NCBI GenBank assembly: GCA_964016885.1
Contig: OZ024742.1
Coordinates: forward strand, 105,958,001 to 106,022,000
Direction: 5' to 3'
Length of the DNA: 64,000 bases
Source of the DNA: Eledone cirrhosa
Lineage: Eukaryota
The position numbers were made by a program, and so were the translations under genes. This document shows positions 40,901 to 55,080 of the stretch, piece by piece; the stretch's first letter is position 1; every line of letters starts with the position of its first letter. The notes under the pieces were generated by a model. That model did not search any database, was not told the DNA's origin, and was given only the letters and a program-made list of their open reading frames with translations.

Positions 40901-41121
40901 CTTATTATTATTAATAAATAAATAAATAAATAAAGAAAGAAATAAAGCAATTATTATTATTATTGTCGCTACATTTTGCTGCTGCCCTGATTAAAGATTC
41001 TGGAGTCCATCAAATGTAACTGCATACAAAATATATAAAAAAAAAAAGTCATTTTCCTGCAAGGGGCATTTTGAACAACTTAAATTTTTCATTACAGAAG
41101 GTTCAGAGGATTATTATTTTT

Positions 41122-41206
<85 letters not shown>

Positions 41207-43053
41207 TTGGCGACACGGAACGCCCACCTAAATATTTTACAAGAAAATGCATTTAAAAGAGGAAAAATAATGAAATTTCTATAAACAATACTAACAATGT
41301 GAACAATTTGGACAACACACTCGGCAACACTCTCTATCATTATCTTTCTCTTTCTGACCTCTTACCCCCTCTCATCACTCACACACTTAGCCAAACGAAA
41401 CTATTTCTAAAATTTTAAATGTCAACAAGAAAACTGTGGATATGGCCATTTTTTTTTTTTTTTTTTTTTTCTGCTAATGAAACCTATGGCAGATGAGTTC
41501 TGGATATAAGCCTCGATAGTACTACGTAAATAAGTGTTGCTTTTTCTTGCTTGACGCTATGACACAAGTGCAAGAGGGGAGAAAGTTGACCTATTTGTCT
41601 GTTTTTGGGAGTACAAGCGTTTTCCTAATGCCTTCAAAGAACAATTTGAATTAGCTCCAGCCAATACATGGACAGAGATATCCCTTATCGTAAGGGACAG
41701 TTTATATGGAACTATATGCATCATGTTTAAAACTGAATATAGGGCAAGGAGACATGTTAAGCTAGTTCGTCACATGCCTGTTCATATGCTACTCCCTCAA
41801 TATAAAGGATGAAAAAATACGAGGATAATCACAGACGGCGTTAGCACGATAGCGTTGATATGTCCCTAAACGATTATTGCGCATCCATTTCCCCCATACT
41901 AACGAACAAAGCCCTTAACTATCATGAACTTCAGCCTCAACAGAAGGGAAGTGGGTATAATAACGATGGCTAGAAAAAAAAAAAGAATTCGAAAGGAAAC
42001 TCTGAGAATGTAAAGACTGACGGGACACGGACGCAGTAGGAATCTACTTACTCCATAACACCTGGCTGGAGATCCCGGTTGTGGGGGACACCCTCTTTAC
42101 CTTCTAAAACCATAATGCAAGCCATCTAGAAAGAGAACGTAAACTAGCTTATACATTTCTTTAAAAACGTAGGACTCGAAATAGCGATAGAAGAGTCAAC
42201 GAGAACTGCAAACCTCTGTGACGTGACTTTACACTTACGCACCAATGGAGTTAAAGGTGGCAGCAGAAACGACGTGAGTACCAATGAAAACCACAATGAA
42301 CCTAACAATCCTATAAAAACATACATACATATACATGTGTGTGTATACAAACATATACACATATATACATACAGATACATACACATACACATATATACAC
42401 ATAGACACTTACAGAGATACGCATATCTCCTCTCATACACACACTGCATATATATATATATAAATAAGTATAAGTTATGCGTTTAGATTACATATAGCCC
42501 AGCCGCTATCCACTCCATGGAATTAAAGATATCGCATGTAAATACGAATCTGCAAGTCAGAGTGGACAATACACGTTAAATAGTGGATAAACGGCTTCAT
42601 GTGGGAACAAATATAGGCTCCTAACTGTAAAGGTTTCATTACCACGTTCTATATGAGACGATGGAATTGCAACTGTAGCATATAGAAGTCATTCGATGTT
42701 TCCAAAAGATTAGAAAGATCTTATAACTAGGATTAATGGAGTAAATCATCGGCGGAGTTCAGTTCTAAAACTAGTGGAAGAATTCCTATGACAGATTGCC
42801 AGAGTAAATATGGGCTTTCACAGTGGTAGTGACAGCAATATCAAAAGCTTTTGCAGAATCAAGTGGCCGTTTAAAGAGGAGGCAAATAGAATTCATCCGT
42901 TAGCAATAAACACTTGACGGTAAAATTCAAATAGTTAAATCTGAGCCGAAGCTCTCATCCTGACTAGTTATGCTATAACAAAGAAATAAATGCACTAATA
43001 TGTACAAATCAAAGTAATATAAAAAAAAATGGTGATGATTAAAGGTATGTTAG

Positions 43054-43145
<92 letters not shown>

Positions 43146-43402
43146 ATCTAAGCCTTTGCTGTGAAAAGAATGAAGTGTTGTGTGTTAATATTTTCAACTA
43201 TTCCTCCGTACACAGAAATACATACGAGGTTTCTCTCGTGCATTATGTCTTTGCTATTCGTTTCTAGCAAGTTTACATGCCTACAACTTAGCTATGTGTA
43301 TATATCTATACACGTTGGTACTGTCATGGTCACATTCTGTATTTATACAGATACAACTTTATTTTCCTTTATATATATGTATATGTATATATGTATGTAT
43401 AT

Positions 43403-43448
43403 GTATTGCTGAATAAATTCCTTTCCTATACAGTGTAATATTAATATA

Positions 43449-43500
<52 letters not shown>

Positions 43501-43600
43501 TATTACACATATATATTGCTGAATAAATTCCTTTCCTATACAGTGTAATATTAATATATATATGTATATATATATATATATATATATTAATATTACACAT
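43403..43600. repeat. Local tandem duplication within a TA-rich tract
   Basis: tattgctgaataaattcctttcctatacagtgtaatattaata occurs twice, about 110 bp apart. Confidence 0.85.
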
Positions 43601-43652
43601 ATATATTAATATATATATATATTAATATTACACAGTATATATATATATATAT

Positions 43653-43843
43653 ATAACGAAGGAAATGTGGTAAGGAACCAGGTGGACCATAACGCACCAA
43701 AGTACTCAATACTTGAGGTAGTAGAGTGGGTAATAGGAACCAGTAAGACCCCGACAGCTGAGCTCAAGCCGTTTCGACGGCTAATTCAGTCCAGAATTAG
43801 CCGTCGAGACGGCTTGAGCTCAGCTGTCGGGGTCTTACTGGTT

Positions 43844-43847
<4 letters not shown>
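43653..43847 (-). mobile_element. Family A fold-back element
   Basis: Family tail plus hairpin 43733-43847; TA-flanked. Confidence 0.8.
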
Positions 43848-43903
<56 letters not shown>

Positions 43904-43984
43904 AAAATGGAACGGGAACAAAACAGAGAGGCAGTACGAACAAAGGTTTATTAGTTTCACGCTCTTGAGAGTGGGGTGGTGGTG

Positions 43985-44028
<44 letters not shown>

Positions 44029-44104
44029 CAGGCCTACGTCGTCTAATGACAACCCCCCCACACACACACACACACACTTATATATTAAGGCGAACCCGTG
44101 TTCG

Positions 44105-44155
<51 letters not shown>

Positions 44156-44212
44156 TTTACTCTTTTACCTTTTGCAGCTATCCGACTGAGGCCATGCTGG
44201 GGCACCGCCTTT

Positions 44213-44270
<58 letters not shown>

Positions 44271-44797
44271 CTCACATACACCTATATCCACTTGATAGTC
44301 ACGGTGTTTCAATTTCATTCGTAATAAGGGTGTATCATGAGCCAACAAGTGATCCATTACACGTTCACTCGATATGCTGGTGTTAACAGCAACATCTCCG
44401 CTCCCAATCCATTCCCGATCCTGTAAAATGAGAATAACACATCGGAAAATTTAATCCTTATTTATTCAGTTCTCCACGACAAATTTGAAATCTATTCCAA
44501 GGCGTGACCGATATATGACATAGGAGCCCTTTAGATACCCCTTGAGTCTTAGAAATTGACTTTCCACTCTGATCCGTCAAGCTCCGCTAACCCCAGTCGT
44601 GCTACGTTAATCTCTTTTTTTTTTTGTAGTAGAAAATTACAAACTTAATCGGCACATCCACCACCTATCAGTCAATGATGTCAGCTTCTCCCTCCCCCTC
44701 TCTCTATTTCTTTCTCCTTTCCCACCCATCTTTCTATCTCATCTCTCTTTCATACACCTACACGTATACTTATATTTAATTCTTTTCATTCATTTGA

Positions 44798-45152
44798 CCG
44801 GCGTTTCTCAACCGGCGTTCCCCGGAACCCTAGGATTCCGCAAGAGGTCGCTAGAGGTTCCGCATTTAGATATAAATAATTGTTTCTACTTTTTGGCACA
44901 AAGCCAGCAATTACCCAGCGCATTACTGGTACTTTATTTTATCGACTCCGTAAGGATAAAAGGCAAAGTTAACCTCGGCGGGATTTGAACTCAGAATGGC
45001 AAGGGCCGTAACTCTATGCGTCAAAGCATGGCGTCCGACCCTCTACCGATACTGTCAATCCACCGTGGCATATAATAATTTTTATACAGGGGTTCCCTGA
45101 GATATGAAAACTATTTCAAGGTTTTCATAAGAATAAAAAGGTTTAGATACAT
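44798..45152. mobile_element. hAT/Charlie-like MITE interrupted by a SINE (44880-45066, minus strand)
   Basis: Left part cggcgtttctcaacc..gaaccctagga..ggttccg; right part aggggttccctgaga..aaaaaggtttaga; SINE consensus lies between them. Confidence 0.55.
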
Positions 45153-45351
45153 TACATGAGACTATAGTCATGCTGGAAAACAACCTTAAAGTCGATCATA
45201 TCGACCCAAGTAATTATTTTTTCAAATCTCCCTTCTATTTTATTCGATTACGATTTATTCAGCCACTTGACTACGGGGCCTAAACACCCCACCCACCCTA
45301 CACACATACATACTTATATGCACACACACACACGCACACATATATATATAT

Positions 45352-45417
<66 letters not shown>

Positions 45418-45420
<3 letters not shown>

Positions 45421-45864
45421 AACGAGTAGGACCCCGACGGCTAAGCTCAAGCCGTTTCGACGGCTCCAGAATTAGCCGTCGAAACGGCTTGAGCTCAGCC
45501 GTCGTGGTCCTACTCGTTCCTATTACCCACTCTACTACCCTAAGTATTGAGTACTTTGGTGCGTTATGGTCCACCTGGTTCCTTACCACATTTCCTTCGT
45601 TATATATATATATATAGATGAGATTCTACAGGACTAGAACTGTTTCATTCTTTAGAAATCATCAGGAATATATATATATATATCACGAAGGAAATGTGGT
45701 AAGGAACCAGGTGGACCATAACGCACCAAAGTACTCAATACTTAGGGTAGTAGAGTGGGTAATAGGAACGAGTAGGACCACGACGGCTGAGCTCAAGTCG
45801 TTTCGACGGCTAATTCTGGAGCCGTCGAAACGGCTTGAGCTCAGCCGTCGGGGTCCTACTCGTT

Positions 45865-45868
<4 letters not shown>
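45418..45868. mobile_element. Two tail-to-tail family A elements enclosing a family B hammerhead (45623-45669, minus strand)
   Basis: 45418-45602 and 45683-45868 are near-perfect reverse complements. The centre on the minus strand reads attc-CTGATGA-tttc taaa gaat-GAA-ACAG..CTGT-A-gaat. Confidence 0.85.
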
Positions 45869-45912
<44 letters not shown>

Positions 45913-46755
45913 CGTAAATGGTATGGATGAAACATTGTCAGCAAATAAAAATTGTATGAGTATGTAGGCGTTCTTTGATTTCTTTTATATATATATATAT
46001 ACCATTTATGTTAGACTGTTTACTAATGGATATAGCTGGTGGTTCCGGTTGGTAAATGATGAAGCCAAAAATTAATTAAAACGCTGAACGTTATGCAAAT
46101 CATCCATCGTATATATGGGATCCCATGGCTGGTGCAGGAATGGAGTTAAGTATTCATTAAAACAACATAAGTAGACCGGACTGTAAATTTACTTTAGAAT
46201 TATAAATCCACGAAAGCACTATAAATATTTCGACGGCCTATCCTTATCCAATGATGAGGTAAGACTTAAACGATTTCATCAGGTATTAAGTGCGGAATTA
46301 GACAACAGAATTACTAATTAGACAAACAGAGAATAGAAAATAGAAGACTGATTCCATTCGGAGATAACTTACCAATCCAGTGTCATAGCCATAGCAGAAT
46401 TCTGCAATTAACACCTGAAATCGTCTAAATCATGATCGGATGATAAGGCTAAGGCCACCGAAATATGTATAGTGCTTTCGCAGAATGAAAAAATTCTAAA
46501 GTTAGTTTCCAGTCCGGACTTCTGTTAATATGTATATATATAGATAGAGAGAGTTACACATCACAACACAACCTGAGATCAGTTTGACAATCGCCACCGA
46601 CGAATGCGAGAAAGTTCTCCAGGAAAGTTAACGAACGAGGAATCTTTAAAAAAATTTCCCTACCGAAGTAAACAAAGAACTTACTAGATCTACAAAGCCA
46701 AGCTGTAAAATTATATTATAAACTTAAATATATATATGTATATATATATATATAA

Positions 46756-46803
<48 letters not shown>

Positions 46804-46888
46804 GTAGGTCCCGGGTTGAGTCGGGGATAACCACAGTAAGTAAGGTACTCAATACATGGCAGAGTAAAATTTGTTTATTTTATAGAAG

Positions 46889-46987
46889 GAGCTTCAACAG
46901 GACTAGTACTGTTTCATTCAGATGAAATCTTCAGGAAGCTCTTCCTGAAGATTTCATCTGAATGAAACAGTACTAGTCCTGTAGAAG
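46889..46987. ncRNA. Head-to-head pair of family B hammerheads (minus 46889-46941; plus 46941-46987); element ~46803-46998
   Basis: Minus strand: gagcttc-CTGAAGA-tttc atct gaat-GAA-ACAG tactagtc CTGT-T-gaagctc. Plus strand: cttc-CTGAAGA..CTGT-A-gaag. Confidence 0.85.
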
Positions 46988-46999
46988 CTCCTTCTATAA

Positions 47000-47136
<137 letters not shown>

Positions 47137-47161
47137 GTATATATATATATGTATATATATG

Positions 47162-47246
<85 letters not shown>

Positions 47247-47535
47247 TATAGAGTAAAGCATGTCCAGAGAATTATTTGATAATATATATATACATCATCT
47301 CTACTCCCAATCACCATAATTAACCACACAAAAAATCAATTAGACCAGGCTATAAGAATAAAAGGCATCTATGAAGAAACAGTAAATAAATACGCCACAG
47401 CGGCGTCTTCACGTCCAACCGCTATAGAATATTTACCCAACATTTCAACAGCACGTGGGAATTAATTAAATATGCGGTCAACCATACATAATTAGGTAAA
47501 ATTAAAGTTAGAAATGCTTTTGTACATACCAGGAT

Positions 47536-47592
<57 letters not shown>

Positions 47593-47603
47593 ATATATAT
47601 ATG

Positions 47604-47656
<53 letters not shown>

Positions 47657-47659
47657 TAT

Positions 47660-47692
<33 letters not shown>

Positions 47693-47755
47693 TATATACA
47701 TATATATATATACATATATAAATACATATAAATACATATATATATATATATACAC

Positions 47756-47847
<92 letters not shown>

Positions 47848-47888
47848 GTATATATATATATGTATATATATACATATATATATATATA

Positions 47889-48083
47889 CAACCAACCAAC
47901 CAGAAATTTATAAGTTTGTAGATTTGTAAATTTATAAATTTATAAATATATAATAAATTGAAGTGAAAGCAACTGGTGCGTGTGTTTCTTATTGGCAACA
48001 TGACCCTCCCAAAGTATAACAATATCGGTTTCAACACACGATTTCAGATAAAGAATCTTGCTAAACAAATTCAGAAACGAAAT
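47889..48083 (+). mobile_element. Family D 3' end-only copy
   Basis: Matches 7565-7750 (caaccaacc..ttattggcaacatgaccctcccaaag..cagaaacgaaat); TA-flanked. Confidence 0.8.
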
Positions 48084-48109
48084 ATATATATATACATATA
48101 TATATATAC

Positions 48110-48236
<127 letters not shown>

Positions 48237-48278
48237 CATATATATACATATATACATATATAAATACATATAAATACA

Positions 48279-48350
<72 letters not shown>

Positions 48351-48352
<2 letters not shown>

Positions 48353-48935
48353 ACTTTCATAGGTGTTGGCCAGTATTGGCCCTGGCCATGTCTAACTTAT
48401 TAGCACCACCTGGCGAAGTCTTTCAAATCAGGATTTGGACACCATGCCTTACTAATGTAGAGAGTTATTGTTTACGGAGACGTATCCGGGTGTAAGAGGT
48501 TTATCCGAAATCTCTTGAAGGAATTTGTCCAAAGATTTTTTGAATTTTATAGAGTCTGTTTCTGTTTTCTATGTGTTTTGACGTAATGTTAAAGAGAGCG
48601 GGATCAATTGAGGTGAAATAATTGTGCCGTAATGTTGTTAAAAGATGCGAATTTCATTTTAGTTGTGGGTGGATAAACTTAGGTGTACTCTATAGATGAT
48701 ACCAACATCATTTGGGCAATGCTGATGGAATATTTTCCACATCAAGCAGATAATCTAGTGCTCACGGCGGCGTTGGAGAGAATAGAGTTTAGGCTTGTCT
48801 AGCCGATCCCAATAGTCAAGGCTTGTCATACCGTCTATCTTTTTTTGTGATTGACCTTTGAGGTGCTTCAATTTTCATAATACTTTGTTTCGTGTGGGAA
48901 AACCACAGTGGACAACAGTATTAATGATAGGGTTG
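48351..48935 (-). mobile_element. CR1-group LINE 3' fragment
   Basis: Translates YCCPLW..KIEAPQRS..LDYWDRL..LYSLQRRRE..MWKI..FKKSLDKFLQEISDKP. The 3' tail is repeated at 52763-52905, ending aaagttattcaaagtta. Confidence 0.75.
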
Positions 48936-48952
48936 GGCAAAAGTAGAGAAGA

Positions 48953-48990
<38 letters not shown>

Positions 48991-49879
48991 TGGCTGCCAA
49001 CTCGTTTTCGAGTACGGCCACTACTTTATATCCATGTAGGAGAACTCCTACCGTTGCGCTGAACGAGTGTGACTTTTTAGTCCAGCCAGCGACTTGAAAA
49101 CTCTGGTACAAACACTACACCTGTGACAATTATTGACACATAGTGCTGGGCCCATGGTACCATGTGACGACAAGTGCAGAGAGATCTCCAGATATAAAGC
49201 AATGCCTGTGCTGTGAAGCTTTTATAGTGAGCAAAGGTACTGCACAAAGCCAGTCCCACTCTCTTAACCAAGATGCTATTTACCAAAAAGAAGAACAAGT
49301 CAACATCATTGGATACCATCAGGGTTGCAGGTGTTATATCAGAGTTTTCCTTCTCCTAGAATTCTGCCTTGACAAAGGCTAAGGGGTCATCTCTCCCGGT
49401 GATTTTGGATGGTCATTGACTCTTAAGAGCTCCTTTGAGGTGCTTCAATATATATATATAAATACATATAAATACATATAAAGTTAGCTCTACATGATGA
49501 AACACAAATACCAACATATAAGTGTTTGTATTGCAAAAGACTAAGTTAGCTCTTCATTATGTAGAGCTAACTTTAGCCCCATATAAACGGCTGTTATTTC
49601 TAGCAGAACGAGTATGCGGCAGCTAGAAACTGGAAAACCATGTGCGTTAAACAGTCTTTTTAAATATTTAAATATCTAATTACCACGGCCATTTGCCAAT
49701 ATCGTTTGTTTTTATTGATTTATTATTTTAAATCGAGACAGACAAACTGTATTATTATAATTAGTATTTTTCAATCTAGCTAACTTAGTCTTTTGCAATA
49801 CAAACACTTATATGTTGGTATTTGTGTTTCATCATATATATTAATTTATATTAACTTGTATTGTATATATATATATATA

Positions 49880-50442
49880 AACGGAAAAAATGAAACGAAA
49901 TTTCATTTCCCACTCTTAGTACGGCTGTTACTTAAATATAAGTATGTACACGTACATACATATATGTATACAGACGTACAGTAGTATGTATATATATATA
50001 TACATACATGCACACATATATATATGTACGTATGGATTCACCGAACATTTATTATAATGCTCGGTGTGTTTGTAAACAAACGTCCCGTATTAAGCCGCAG
50101 TGTCCAGCAACCATCGTTGCTCACCTGTTCAACATTGACAAAGGAACGCTGTACTAGTTTCAAGCTTATTAGCTATTGTCAGCAACGTATACCTTCCTGC
50201 CAGATTGTTGAACGTATATACTTACCTTATACATATTAACGGGTGAGTAGCCCAATTTGCATATCGAGTGGGTTGCTGGACACTGCGGCTTAATACGGGA
50301 TGTTTGTTTACAAATACACCGAGCATTATAATAAATTTTCGGTGAATCCATACGTACATATATATATGTGTGCATGTATGTATATATATATATATACATA
50401 CTACTGTACGTCTGTATACATATAAGTATGTACGTGTACATA

Positions 50443-50445
<3 letters not shown>
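49880..50445. mobile_element. Diverged family T copy with fold-back; HHR at 50146-50188 (minus strand) with G8 to A change
   Basis: Reverse complement reads acgttg-CTGACAA-tagctaataagctt-GAA-ACTAGT-A-cagcgt. Arms ~49935-50112 and ~50271-50445 are inverted. Confidence 0.8.
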
Positions 50446-50517
<72 letters not shown>

Positions 50518-50718
50518 AAATAAAGATCCGCAGCCATGGTATAAATTTCCAATCATTTTAATAAAGACACATGTTTCAATAAGAGATAGATCGATCGTGT
50601 GGTCAAGATCGATTATCACTGATCTCATCAGGTGAATAATGAAATGTCTTCAAATTTTTGATATCAGGGAGGAAAAACTAACGATGTTCACTCACTAGAG
50701 TTTTGTTCCCCATATATA

Positions 50719-50849
50719 TATACAAATACAAATATATTACGCAAAGAGAAGTGTGTTACACAGTGAGATGTGTGTAAAGAATTTAATTCTTTACACACAT
50801 CTCACTGTGTAACACACTTCTCTTTGTGTAATATATTTGTATTTGTATT
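50719..50849. repeat. Near-perfect hairpin with ~63-bp arms
   Basis: ..cagtgagatgtgtgtaaagaatt t aattctttacacacatctcactg.. Confidence 0.9.
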
Positions 50850-51485
50850 TGAGCTCAGAAGAAAATTCTCTATTCTTCTTTGAGCTAATATTATTATTAT
50901 TACTGTGAACTGCGGAATACTCTTAATTCCTATCCTTCCTCGTATATATATATATAAAAAAAACATGAGAAGAAAGAAGAATACTGCGTGGTTTGCACAT
51001 GGGTTACATGTGATAAAAATAGTCCTTCGTCAGTGATTTTCCAACCATCATTGGTATTTCATCGCATTAAAAATCATATACCTCAGGTTGGTGCGAGCAA
51101 TAACTAAAAAAAGTTATTGGGACCAGAATTCGCGTAAGGCGAGGGGGGACAAGTAAACAACATAGAAGGATAAAAGCAAACCGAAGATAGGAAAATAAAC
51201 AAGCAACATGGTTGTCCGGTCGGCATAAGCTGGGTGGATTTCATGAGCGAGAGAGGTACAGACCGTGTTGATGTGTGTGAGATGTGAGCAAGAAGAGACC
51301 CACACAAGCCAAATGGGAGGGAGTGAGAAGGGGCGAAACAGAGAGTGAGTGAGTGGAAGTGTGAGGAAGAGGTCAGTCGAGAGAAAGTGTAATTGACAGA
51401 GGGGGCGAAAAAAGGTGAGAGAAACAGAGAGAGCGGGGAAGCAGACAAACGCAGCCGAGGTAAATATATATAAAAAACATGAGAA

Positions 51486-51586
<101 letters not shown>

Positions 51587-52077
51587 TACTTATGCATACA
51601 TATATATCCGTACACCAAACACACACACATATAATGTATAGTGATAGTCAATTAGGAAAACCATTGAAAAAATGAACATAAAAAAAGACCTGAGTGGAAT
51701 TTTCACGCCCACTATAAGCTTATATCGAACAATATGGGGTGCGATGTATTCCCTTTGATGTTTTGATGTTAGGTGTAAATGTACACTGTATTTTATCAAA
51801 TCGATGATTAATATGGTTGTTTTAGAAACAGGAAGTATAACTGAATGGTGGCTTGTTTATTATTTCCTTCTTTCTTTTCTTTCTTTTCTTTCTTTTCTTT
51901 CTTTTCTTTCTTTCTCGCTTTCCTTCCACTCTTGCGGGTCTTCTTCCATTCTTTTCCTTTGAAAATCTTCTATTTTAAGTCCACGAATTTTACTGTTTTT
52001 CATTGAGGTTTTAGTAACCAGGCGTGCAGTCAAATGGCATCTTCACGCAAAAGACGCTATGTATACACAAACGCGCA

Positions 52078-52163
<86 letters not shown>

Positions 52164-52720
52164 CATTATCGGAGAAAGCTTTTAGCGATACTCCGGCCAA
52201 ATCCCAACTCACTCAACAAACATTAGGAAATAAGTGAGTATATTCCTAATTAAACGTTCGGGGTGCTAACTAATTGTATTGTGTGGAAAATTGGGTGTAT
52301 TATTTCATATGAGACATATTGAATATATCCCTTCCCAGACGGACGTCTCGTTTCATTATAAGATTCCTACAATTTGGGTGAAATTATACCAATTTATGTA
52401 GGAGCGTGTATAAGATCAACAGATACATATTCAAGTGGGCTCTCATAATTCTTCAGTGGGTGCCCAATAATACTAATATTGATAATCAAATCAATATCAG
52501 TATTTAGCGATAATCACCATCAGTACCTGAGGTATCTGTTAGGTTGCTACTCTAGCAGTTCTAAAGAAATACTCAAACTGATTCAAAAATGAGGAAGTAT
52601 ATTACCGCCAAAAAAAAACAATACATGCGCAGGACAATGAATTCTAAAAGGAATTCAGGCCACGTGCTAGAACTCAATTGGAATTTGAAAAAAATATCCA
52701 TGTGTGTACATCGTTTGATG

Positions 52721-52766
<46 letters not shown>

Positions 52767-52905
52767 CTTTGAATAACTTTAAAATGTTTTGGCCAGTATT
52801 GGCCCAGGCCATGTCTAACTTAATAGCACCACCTGGCGAAGTCTTTCAATTCAGGATTTGGGCACCATGGCCCATTCGAGAAGAGAATTACTGTTTGCGG
52901 AGACA

Positions 52906-53012
52906 GTTATTAAAATAACAGATTAAATTTAAGCAAAGAATCGGTGTTTAATCACCGTTAAGGGTGAAAGCAGCGATTCTTTGCTTAAACTTTAATCTCT
53001 TATTTTAATAAA
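52906..53012. repeat. Fold-back of a short element also present at 25755-25818
   Basis: ttattaaaataacagattaaatttaagcaaagaatcg / cgattctttgcttaaactttaatctcttattttaataa. Confidence 0.75.
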
Positions 53013-53300
53013 TATTCGCTCTACGGTTCTTATATATTTGATATATATATTTATCTTTATGGAGCCCTCTTTGGATTTTAGTCTTCAAATTTATTATTAT
53101 TACTATATATATATATATAATATAATATATGTATATATGTATATATATATATATGTATATATGTATATACGTATATATATATATATGTATATGTATATAT
53201 ATGAATATATATATAATGTATAATATATATATATATTATATATATATATGATATATATATATATATATATATATATGTATAATATATTTATATATATATA

Positions 53301-53352
<52 letters not shown>

Positions 53353-53974
53353 ATATATATATCTATATATGTGTGTGTGTGTGTGTGTTTGTTGTGTGTT
53401 TGTGTGTGTGTATAATCTTTGACCTGTGCGCCCCCTATTTTGAATTTTTACTCTAAAGACTTAGTCATGCGGGCGTTTTTGAAATTATATAATAGCCATC
53501 ACGCCACACGGTATGTTTTCCTCTATTCTCCCTTCTTACCTTTTCTACGCCCGATTGTCCTTATTTGTCTGCACGTTGGTCTACAATACTTATTATTCTC
53601 TTCTGGTTTACTATTTCTCTCCTTTCTATATTTTTCTCCTTTGGCTAAGCCCTTGCGCACTCTATATATATGTAATTTGCTTAAAGCCATAAATTATCTC
53701 TACCTGTTTTGTTATGTCTTAGTGTAGACTGGAATGAATGGCATCAACCTTAATACGCCGAAACCGAAGTGATTTCCAGAGGTTGACTGGAGAAATGGAA
53801 CTGTCCATCTTCCCGTTGTTTTTTCGTTTTTTCTTTGACCTGTGCGCCCCTTATTTTGAAATTCGATCATTAATATATCGTTCCTCGAGCTGATCGACAG
53901 TAAAATATATGTAATATGTAATTAAATATGTATATGATGCAACACTGATTCTTTGTTCCCTTATATATTGTTAT

Positions 53975-54045
<71 letters not shown>

Positions 54046-54069
54046 CGAATTCTTAATGCATGTTATCTC

Positions 54070-54510
54070 AGGAACAATTTGTTTTACGCCCTGGACCAGG
54101 GATAGTAGAGCATGGCCACAACAAAAGCCAAACAAAATCAGTCAGTGTCATCTGCTGCATTAACAACACAACTTCACGGGGTTCTTTATTCAGCACCAAA
54201 TTAAAGTAAAAGAGCCATAGTTGACGCCCGAGGACGCCAGTGGTTTCAACAGTTAATGACGCATACTTAGTCCTTGTAGCGGGTGACAACTCCCGGTATT
54301 ATAGCTAGAGTGTTAAGCTTGGCTTTGGAGGTTGACACATCACGTGGTGTAGCAAATAAGACTATATACTGCCCTTCCCCTCTCGAACGATATGAATGAT
54401 ATGCTGCCAGGATGCTTGCAGTCACCGTGGTCTAAGCCAACATATTCCAGTAACGTAAAACCGACAGCGTCTAGGTCCTTTTTAATAACACCACTCAACC
54501 ATAACTCTAA
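54070..54510 (-). mobile_element. CRE-like retrotransposon restriction-like endonuclease remnant
   Basis: LSGVIKKDLDAVG..LE..GLDHGDCKHPG..FERGR..TKYASLTVETTGVLG..KEPREV.LLMQQ resembles the LEP.GL.R.D.K.PDG..KY..ET.G.WG..PRE pattern. Confidence 0.55.
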
Positions 54511-54835
54511 TGGAATATCCTAATTCGAAAACCTAAACCAAATTGAATTCCATCATCACTGTCTTATTTTAAAATGACATGCAAGATTAATATGAGTTTC
54601 TTCTGACCAGAAATTGAGGTAATTTTGTAGAGAGGAAAGAGGAAGGGGATAAGAACAGAATTCGTAATTCCTGAGTATTAAAGATTCTTATCCCACTGGA
54701 CAGAGAATGATAAAAGAACGATTATTTCATTCAGATAGTAGAAAGAAAAAAATTAAACTTCAGCAAATTAATTTGTATTAGAATATATATAGGGAAAGCG
54801 GACGTTGAATGATGATTACAATATATATATATATA

Positions 54836-55080
54836 TAACGAAGGAAATGTGGTAAGGAACCAGGTGGACCATAACGCACCAAAGTACTCAATACTTAGGG
54901 TAGTAGAGTGGGTAATAGGAACGAGTAGGACCCCGACGGCTGAGCTCAAGCCGTTTCGACGGCTAATTCTGGGCTAAATTAAAATTGTTATCCTGGTATA
55001 TGAATAGCCGAGCTTCTCAGGGGGTAATTCCATATATGGTAAAAGTGATTGTCACAAGGATTGGTCAAAAGTCTGTTGTT
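54836..55080 (-). mobile_element. Family A copy retaining the complete HHR scaffold (54930-55025)
   Basis: Reverse complement reads acccc-CTGAGAAG-ctcggcta..tagccgtc-GAA-ACGGC ttgagctca GCCGT-C-ggggt. The core is non-canonical. Confidence 0.75.

Noticed and set aside
40334-40925. Poly-His, poly-Met and poly-Ile ORFs
   Set aside because: They derive from a (CAT)n trinucleotide expansion with no splice or domain evidence.
41500-42960. Possible RTE-type LINE fragments (also 7870-8570 and 49000-49420)
   Set aside because: Only vague similarity; no unambiguous motif could be read.
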